Source: a candidate division WWE3 bacterium RIFOXYC1_FULL_40_10 (GTDB taxonomy: Bacteria > Patescibacteriota > WWE3 > UBA101185 > UBA10185). Taken from it: DNA of 64,000 nt. Position 1 is the stretch's first letter. Every line of letters starts with the position of its first letter. The translations under genes were made by a program, and so were the position numbers. Shown one piece after another: positions 58,635 through 64,000 of the stretch. The notes below the pieces were generated by a model that saw only the letters and a program-made list of their open reading frames with translations, was not told the DNA's origin and did no database searches. Where the stretch lies: assembly GCA_001773215.1 (NCBI GenBank), contig MEWB01000001.1, forward strand, positions 614,099-678,098, written 5' to 3'.

Positions 58635-58824
58635 TGGGGGATCGTCTAAGTGGGCGCTTGCGCTGCCATTAGACAACCAGCTAATGATATCGTTATAGTT
58701 TAATTGTTCTGATAACTGTATTTCTTTATTGGGGGATCGTCTAAGCGGGCGCTTGCGCTGCCATTAGACAACCAGCTAATGATATCGTTATAGTTTAATT
58801 GTTCTGATAACTGTATTTCTTTAT
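58635..58824 (+). repeat. Two tandem 95-bp direct repeats, each beginning with the first 15 nt of the downstream tRNA-Gln (TGGGGGATCGTCTAA), then a strong hairpin and an AT-rich tail
   Basis: Units 58635..58729 and 58730..58824 differ by one SNP (AAGTGGG vs AAGCGGG). The hairpin GTCTAAgTGGGCGCttGCGCtgCCATTAGAC is seen directly. Confidence 0.8.
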
Positions 58825-58898
58825 TGGGGGATCGTCTAATGGTAGGACACTGCACTCTGGATGCAGGAATTGGGGTTCGACTCCCTGTCCCCCAGCCA
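58825..58898 (+). tRNA. tRNA-Gln (anticodon CUG)
   Basis: Cloverleaf: acceptor TGGGGGA/TCCCCCA, D-stem GTCT/GGAC, anticodon stem CTGCA/TGCAG with loop CTCTGGA, T-stem TTGGGG.../...CCCTG region with GGTTCGACTCC, discriminator G, encoded CCA. The 3' end CCCCCAGCCA is typical of tRNA-Gln. Confidence 0.8.
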
Positions 58899-58933
58899 AG
58901 ATATTATAGGAATTTGCCTACGTAGTTTGGCTT

Positions 58934-59977
58934 TTAGCTCTTGTAAGTTCTAAGAAACCTCCCTATGTCTGAATCTTTTTTAGATTCCAGCTCGATAATA
59001 TATCGAAGGGATTTTCGTGACGACTCAAACCTCCAGTTCATTATTTTATCCGCCTGTTCGTCACCGTAGCGGTTAGCTAAGAAATCCGCAATCGACTTCC
59101 TCGATTCGGAATCTGCGGACAAAAAAGCTCTGTCTATGGTTTCTTGTGTTATGCCACCTTCAATTAAAGTATTCATTATTATCGAAACACCTTCTGTTTC
59201 ATTTTTATAACCAACCACTACACCCCTATTTTCAAATAAACTGTCGCCTCCTTGTATTCCATTGGCTACCTGTTGGGCGTACCACTCCGTAACGCCTTCC
59301 TTAAAAGGTTTGGGCAGGTCGGTTGAAACATCAAGGTCATGTAAAAACTCATGTATTAGAGTAGCCTTTATATTTCTAGCAATAAGTGCCTGCTCCTCAC
59401 TTGTAAGCGATCTAGGTAGCTTCCCACCTTCTTTTTCTATCAACTCCCTTGGTGTATCCCATAACTCCCTTACGACAATAACTTTTTTTTCTGATACATC
59501 CACTTGCATTTCAGTTTTTACAAAAGATCCTGGATATGAGGAAACTGTTGGTCTAGTAAATCCACCCTCGCCTTCTATATCCCTACCTGGATATTGGGTA
59601 GCTCTAAAGAAATCATAGTCTTCGTTGGAAAGTACAAAAACCTTGATTTTGGCTAACGAAAAATCATAGGAGTCCAAATCTGCAAGTTCAAGACCGGGAA
59701 ATAGCCTTTGTAGCTTGTCTTGTGGAATAAATCCGCCTAACATCTTTAATGTATCCCTGAACGATTCTAAGACCAGCTGGGCATGCTTATCTTTATCCAG
59801 AAAACCCGCATGTTTCTCCATCTGAGTAAGGTCTTCCTCTAACATACTGGCTGAGTCAACTTCAATAATTACTTCCCCTCGGTCTTCCGACTCAAAATAG
59901 AGCAAGTGATCGTTTATTGGCTTCGCCTCTAATCCAGTTTTTTCGAAAACTTCCTTTTCCACACCCTCGAACTTCAT
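58934..59977 (-). CDS. Hypothetical protein with HExxH zinc-metallopeptidase-like motif
   Basis: TLIHEFLHDLD followed by downstream Glu residues; otherwise unknown family. First gene after tRNA-Gln. Confidence 0.45.
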   Translation of the reverse strand: MKFEGVEKEVFEKTGLEAKPINDHLLYFESEDRGEVIIEVDSASMLEEDLTQMEKHAGFLDKDKHAQLVLESFRDTLKMLGGFIPQDKLQRLFPGLELADLDSYDFSLAKIKVFVLSNEDYDFFRATQYPGRDIEGEGGFTRPTVSSYPGSFVKTEMQVDVSEKKVIVVRELWDTPRELIEKEGGKLPRSLTSEEQALIARNIKATLIHEFLHDLDVSTDLPKPFKEGVTEWYAQQVANGIQGGDSLFENRGVVVGYKNETEGVSIIMNTLIEGGITQETIDRAFLSADSESRKSIADFLANRYGDEQADKIMNWRFESSRKSLRYIIELESKKDSDIGRFLRTYKS

Positions 59978-60183
59978 GAGTTGATTATATATGAAAAGTT
60001 TTAGTTGAAATAGTGAGTACTTTAAGCAAAATACTCAAACTCGTCTACCAGACATGCTTATACTTTGCATTAAAACCATATAGTATAATTCTAAACATGT
60101 GGTGGGGTGGTGCAAATAATAGCATTGCCGTTTCATAAGCGGCAGATAGAGGTGAAAACCCTTTCCCCACCACCAAATTACGC

Positions 60184-61218
60184 ATGAAAATCAACGATTA
60201 TATAAATAATTTAATAACAAATAAGAGTCCGTACTATCTAACTACTGAAAATGAAAAAACTATCCAATTCGAAGGTATCGAAAAATATATATATAAAGTA
60301 CTCAATAACCATAAATACAAATGTACTAAAACTACAGAAAACTATGACAATATTGTAAAAAATATAATTCGCTTTAGTGTCCAAAATAAACTGCCAATCC
60401 ATCTGGATTTATCGACAGGTGCAACTAAAAATCCGAATGCAATTTCTTCCCCGGGTATTGATTGGGCGGAGGTCTTCAATATTGCATTTATACGTGAGTA
60501 CTTAAAACCAATTGCTGTTGCATACAAGCATGGAGTCGTGCTGGATTACTTCTCTGTCGCCGTATTTGAAGATAAGGTAAATCACATTCCACAAGCCGAC
60601 ATTGAAGCTTATGACAAGCAATTTTCTGAATTGATAAATGTTTATCAAAATTATTTACCTAATAATTTAAAAATAAGATATAGCAGATTAAGTGATAGAG
60701 GTAGTAAGGAGAATATATATATGTCTATGGATAAAAAAATCTCCGAGCTAAGAAGAAACTGGCCTTCCTTGAGCAATGAAGCTAAAAGTGAAAAACTACG
60801 AAGAGCCGAAAGAAACATTTATTTAACCGGAAACGAGCCTGATAAAGATGCGTTGATTTTAACATCTGCCTTATCTCATGACGCTTTTGGTAGTGAGTGT
60901 TGGAGTGACATTGCCAAACCGATTTGGCATGAGGAAGACGATATATCCCTTGGACATAGGTATACTGATGGTTGGGCAATTCACATAAAATCCGCACCCG
61001 GATCAACAGTAAACTATTGGAGCGGGACCGGGGTATTAGTTCGAAAAGGCAATACCTTTGTGCCTACGGTATTAAGCCCTAAGCAATATGATGAAATTTC
61101 AGACAGAATTACTATATTCAAGGATACCTTTTTTAAATCAAATAAAGAACTTTCCGAGAAATTAGATCCAATATTAGTGGCTCCCACAAGTGGAATGTGT
61201 ATCAAGAATAAAAAATGA
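60184..61218 (+). CDS. Hypothetical protein (344 aa), very AT-rich
   Basis: No motif; preceded by a structured leader (see findings). Confidence 0.4.
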   Translation: MKINDYINNLITNKSPYYLTTENEKTIQFEGIEKYIYKVLNNHKYKCTKTTENYDNIVKNIIRFSVQNKLPIHLDLSTGATKNPNAISSPGIDWAEVFNIAFIREYLKPIAVAYKHGVVLDYFSVAVFEDKVNHIPQADIEAYDKQFSELINVYQNYLPNNLKIRYSRLSDRGSKENIYMSMDKKISELRRNWPSLSNEAKSEKLRRAERNIYLTGNEPDKDALILTSALSHDAFGSECWSDIAKPIWHEEDDISLGHRYTDGWAIHIKSAPGSTVNYWSGTGVLVRKGNTFVPTVLSPKQYDEISDRITIFKDTFFKSNKELSEKLDPILVAPTSGMCIKNKK

Positions 61219-61272
61219 TCCCGGATCAAAAGATGCGCGGGATCATGGTTATGGAAACTTGGCAAAAAGTAC

Positions 61273-61896
61273 CTACTCGGGAGAAACGAACACAAACCGG
61301 ACGCTATTACTCCACCGATTGCCAGAGAAAATATAGGAGGCGTTGAGCCGATACTCACCACCATCACGCTTCACGAGAGACACAAGAAGATCGCCATCAG
61401 AAGCCACTAACGGCGGCATCGCTACCACTAGAGCTTCTCCTTCGGGCTGATCTAAGTACTGCAGGCGAAGTTGCGGTCCGACTTCTGCCTCACAGAGATC
61501 AAGACCTTGGGCACAAGCTGCCTTGCAGATATCAGTGTAGGTAGCAGTAGCGTCTTCGGGAAACCCAAGTTCTCCAACAGACAGCACCACGAGCTTCACA
61601 GTCTTCTTGGCTTTGGCTGGTTTCACCTTATCAAGGATGTCACTAGCCCAAGTGCCAATGCTTATTCCCGCCTGTTCAAGCGCGGTACGGAGTGCTTTTG
61701 CATCTTCGAACGTGCCCAGCTCAATAACCTTAAAGATCTCAGGCTTTTCCCAAGGATTTTCCTTGCGTAAAAATTTGCTTAATGCGCGCAACCAACTACC
61801 GCCATCGGGGCCAGCAAGTTTCCCCAGCAGAATCGTAAGCAGTCTCTGAACATCGGAAAGTGTCAATCTAATATCTTTTTTGTCCATGAGAGTCAT
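61273..61896 (-). CDS. Hypothetical protein (207 aa) in a GC-rich (about 50%) segment
   Basis: Start moved to the internal ATG (MTLMDKK...) to remove the overlap with the upstream ORF; no motif. Confidence 0.35.
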   Translation of the reverse strand: MTLMDKKDIRLTLSDVQRLLTILLGKLAGPDGGSWLRALSKFLRKENPWEKPEIFKVIELGTFEDAKALRTALEQAGISIGTWASDILDKVKPAKAKKTVKLVVLSVGELGFPEDATATYTDICKAACAQGLDLCEAEVGPQLRLQYLDQPEGEALVVAMPPLVASDGDLLVSLVKRDGGEYRLNASYIFSGNRWSNSVRFVFVSPE

Positions 61897-61900
61897 CCTT

Positions 61901-62203
61901 TTAATTGATTGTTTGTGCCAATGGAAATTTCGCTTCGCATTTAGTAACGATACTGATCGAATTGCCATCTATCTTTTCCACGCGAAGATAGGCTGTAGCC
62001 ACTCCAGTTTCCTGGGACACAAGGTCAAATGCAAAGTCACTCGCTGCTTGCGCTAGCTTCCGTATAGGAACCCCACTATCCATCTCGGCGGTCTCTAAAT
62101 TTGGAGATAGCATTACTACTGCCAGCGTTTCTGACTCAATACTTACATATCCCCGGATCTCACAGTCTGCTTCATGGTGCACCTTAAAACTCTGCCATCC
62201 CAT
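61901..62203 (-). CDS. Hypothetical protein (100 aa), GC-rich, co-transcribed with 61273..61896
   Basis: 4-nt gap to the downstream gene; composition is foreign-looking. Confidence 0.35.
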   Translation of the reverse strand: MGWQSFKVHHEADCEIRGYVSIESETLAVVMLSPNLETAEMDSGVPIRKLAQAASDFAFDLVSQETGVATAYLRVEKIDGNSISIVTKCEAKFPLAQTIN

Positions 62204-62313
62204 AAACTACTCCTTTCCTTCCTTTAGTATTCGGATATAGCAAGCATTATTAACACACAAGCCTATAAAGATCAAACAAAGTACAGTTATATCGGCTATG
62301 CTAAAATTACACC

Positions 62314-63105
62314 ATGTCGGACTATAAGCAAGAAATTTCACAAATTGCATCTCTAAGGGAAGCAAAAGGAAAAGAGCAGGAGTGTTTAGATAAAATCTCA
62401 CAGCTTTTGCCAAAGTTAGCGGAGAAAAAATTGTGGGCTTCTGTCGCAAAAATGTATTGGGAATCACACCTTGTTTGGCAACACACAGCAATGTCAGAAC
62501 TAACCAAACCGGTGGAAATGCGAAATCAAGAAATAATTGCGAACGGATCAGCAAAAATGATGGAATTTGCAAAAAAGGCCATAGAGGTTATCGAAAGTCA
62601 TAACATCGAAGATATGTTTGGGGGTGCATATAGATTCCTAGGCAGAGCATATACTTTTGTAAACGATCATGAAAAAGCGAAAGAGTGTTACGAAACTGCG
62701 ATTAACAAATATAGGGGAAAGGATGTTAAGTCTAAATTGGAAGTAAGTGGCTTCCTCGCAGACGCCTTAATTCGATTAGGCAAACCCATAGAAGGTTTGC
62801 ACTTAGCAGAGAAAACGTACGAGGAGTTTCATAACTCAGAGAGTGGTAAAAACCTAAAAGAGGAAGATTACTTCACATGGGCGGTTTGGATGTCCGGAAT
62901 AGCACCTAGAGTTGTTAAAGCATTACTTGATACAGGAATAGCCATCGACAAAAACCGCATATTATCCTGGCTTGAGAAGGTTAAAGAAGAGCTAACTAAT
63001 CCTACAGGCGTAGTAAGGTGGGGAGACCCAAAATTTGAATTCAGAATAAACGAGATAGACTCAGCAATACAAGCAACAAAAGTTCAAGGGGTATGTTCAC
63101 AATGA
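62314..63105 (+). CDS. Hypothetical alpha-helical (TPR-like?) protein
   Basis: Helical repeats; no catalytic motif. Confidence 0.35.
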   Translation: MSDYKQEISQIASLREAKGKEQECLDKISQLLPKLAEKKLWASVAKMYWESHLVWQHTAMSELTKPVEMRNQEIIANGSAKMMEFAKKAIEVIESHNIEDMFGGAYRFLGRAYTFVNDHEKAKECYETAINKYRGKDVKSKLEVSGFLADALIRLGKPIEGLHLAEKTYEEFHNSESGKNLKEEDYFTWAVWMSGIAPRVVKALLDTGIAIDKNRILSWLEKVKEELTNPTGVVRWGDPKFEFRINEIDSAIQATKVQGVCSQ

Positions 63106-63344
63106 AATGGCTCCTTTCCAGTATTTTTATTATCTTAATCGTTACAATCTTCTGGCTGTTTTTTAAACCGGGATTTTATTTTACTAATTGCGCTTGCCGA
63201 ACTAAATTTTTTATCGTCAAGCCCGCTAGTGACTGCGCAAATATGTGTGTTGCAAATCCAAAACAATAAGTTAACTACTACTCGACAAGCCGGGGTTCTA
63301 GAAAAAATGCCGGAACAGCTTTAAAATCACTGCCCCGGCATTAG

Positions 63345-63998
63345 TTAAATAGCAGAAGGTATCGAGTACTTTCCTCTAATCTTATTCGACAACAGCAAAG
63401 CAAATCCCCAGCCGGCCCGTAGATAGGTTTTTAAGCTTAGCCCATACGACTTTACCCCTTTGCCATATGTTATAGCTACTTCCTTGTACTCAATGCCGGC
63501 CAGAATTGCTAAAACTCTTATTTCGGTTTGCCATAGGTAAAAAGGACCGTAGCTTGGAGTAATCATATGCTCAGGCGGAAACCTTTGGAACAAATACTCA
63601 ACAGCTGCTCTTGAAAAAGCTTCAAAACCACTTGTTAAATCCGATAAGCTCTTTCCCTGATTCCCTAGTAGAAACCATTTAGCCAACTGAGTTCCGATTT
63701 TCGACGTCAGTTGCCTAGATGTCTTGTAGTAATTTTCTGAACCCGGCAAGTTCCTTGACGAAAAACTTGCTGTTCTGGCGTTCTTATTTTCTTCAAGCGC
63801 GCTAATAATAGGAGCCAAGACTAGTTTGATCTCACTTGGATTATGAGTACCTCCCATGTCCATTTCCAAAACAATATCTGCATTGTTGGCAAGAGCTGTT
63901 TTATAACCAGTAGGATAAACATTTCCCCACTCACTGCCATCGGGTATGGAAGCCGTGACAACTTTATCTTTGTACTCGCCAAAATCTAGTCGCGCCAA
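63345..63998 (-). CDS. Glycosyltransferase family 2 (DPM1/GtrB-like), N-terminus beyond the window end
   Basis: ...EMDMGGTHNPSEI... (D.D..H.P-like), SDLTSGFEAF, C-terminal TM segment. The track start is TTG at the window edge, so the gene is probably partial. Confidence 0.5.
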   Translation of the reverse strand: MARLDFGEYKDKVVTASIPDGSEWGNVYPTGYKTALANNADIVLEMDMGGTHNPSEIKLVLAPIISALEENKNARTASFSSRNLPGSENYYKTSRQLTSKIGTQLAKWFLLGNQGKSLSDLTSGFEAFSRAAVEYLFQRFPPEHMITPSYGPFYLWQTEIRVLAILAGIEYKEVAITYGKGVKSYGLSLKTYLRAGWGFALLLSNKIRGKYSIPSAI

Positions 63999-64000
63999 AT

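Noticed and set aside
58635-58824. CRISPR array
   Set aside because: Only two full units plus the tRNA, a 95-bp period with no unique spacers, and the repeats include a tRNA fragment. This is not CRISPR.

Overview
This 64-kb window comes from an AT-rich (about 38-40% GC) bacterial chromosome. Genes are densely packed, mostly short and often overlapping, with several truncated domain architectures. By inference this fits a reduced-genome lineage, possibly CPR/Patescibacteria-like.

Most of the window is housekeeping. On the minus strand: secA (partial, 5' end of window), uppP, a spermidine-synthase-like methyltransferase and serS. On the plus strand: a ribosomal/RNA polymerase cluster infA-rpmJ-rpsM-rpsK-rpsD-rpoA-rplQ-rplM-rpsI, radC, a TasA-like secreted protein, a membrane-anchored ClpB-like double AAA+ ATPase and prfB (RF2, no frameshift). 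Back on the minus strand: ftsK, RNase J, a family-4 uracil-DNA glycosylase, a NUDIX hydrolase, a protease-less Lon-like AAA+ protein, pnp-rpsO, a degenerate DHH-like gene, infB, nusA, a DnaJ-like protein, hup, ymdB-rny, an FG-GAP beta-propeller protein, recX-recA, gltX, a D,D-carboxypeptidase, an archaeal-type aspS, recJ-secF-secD. Then greA-lysS on the plus strand, a cluster of three small SAM-methyltransferase-like genes plus an unknown next to tRNA-Glu(CUC), a VanW-family gene, a NYN-domain gene, tRNA-Gln(CUG), and a short downstream island of hypothetical genes (a HExxH protein, a GC-rich two-gene module, a partial GT2 glycosyltransferase).

I found no CRISPR array, transposase or integrase.

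The most unusual element is an ORF-poor island of about 850 bp at 42950..43810 with roughly 55% GC. On the minus strand it carries two exact consensus sigma70 promoters (TTGACA-17-TATAAT and TTGACA-17-TAATAT), each followed by a highly structured GC-rich transcript and an intrinsic terminator. That points to two tandem structured ncRNA genes of roughly 290-340 nt and 410 nt, which I could not assign to RNase P RNA, tmRNA, SRP RNA or a T-box leader by eye.

A second oddity is a pair of 95-bp tandem repeats immediately upstream of tRNA-Gln. Each begins with the first 15 nt of the tRNA, followed by a strong hairpin and an AT-rich promoter-like stretch.
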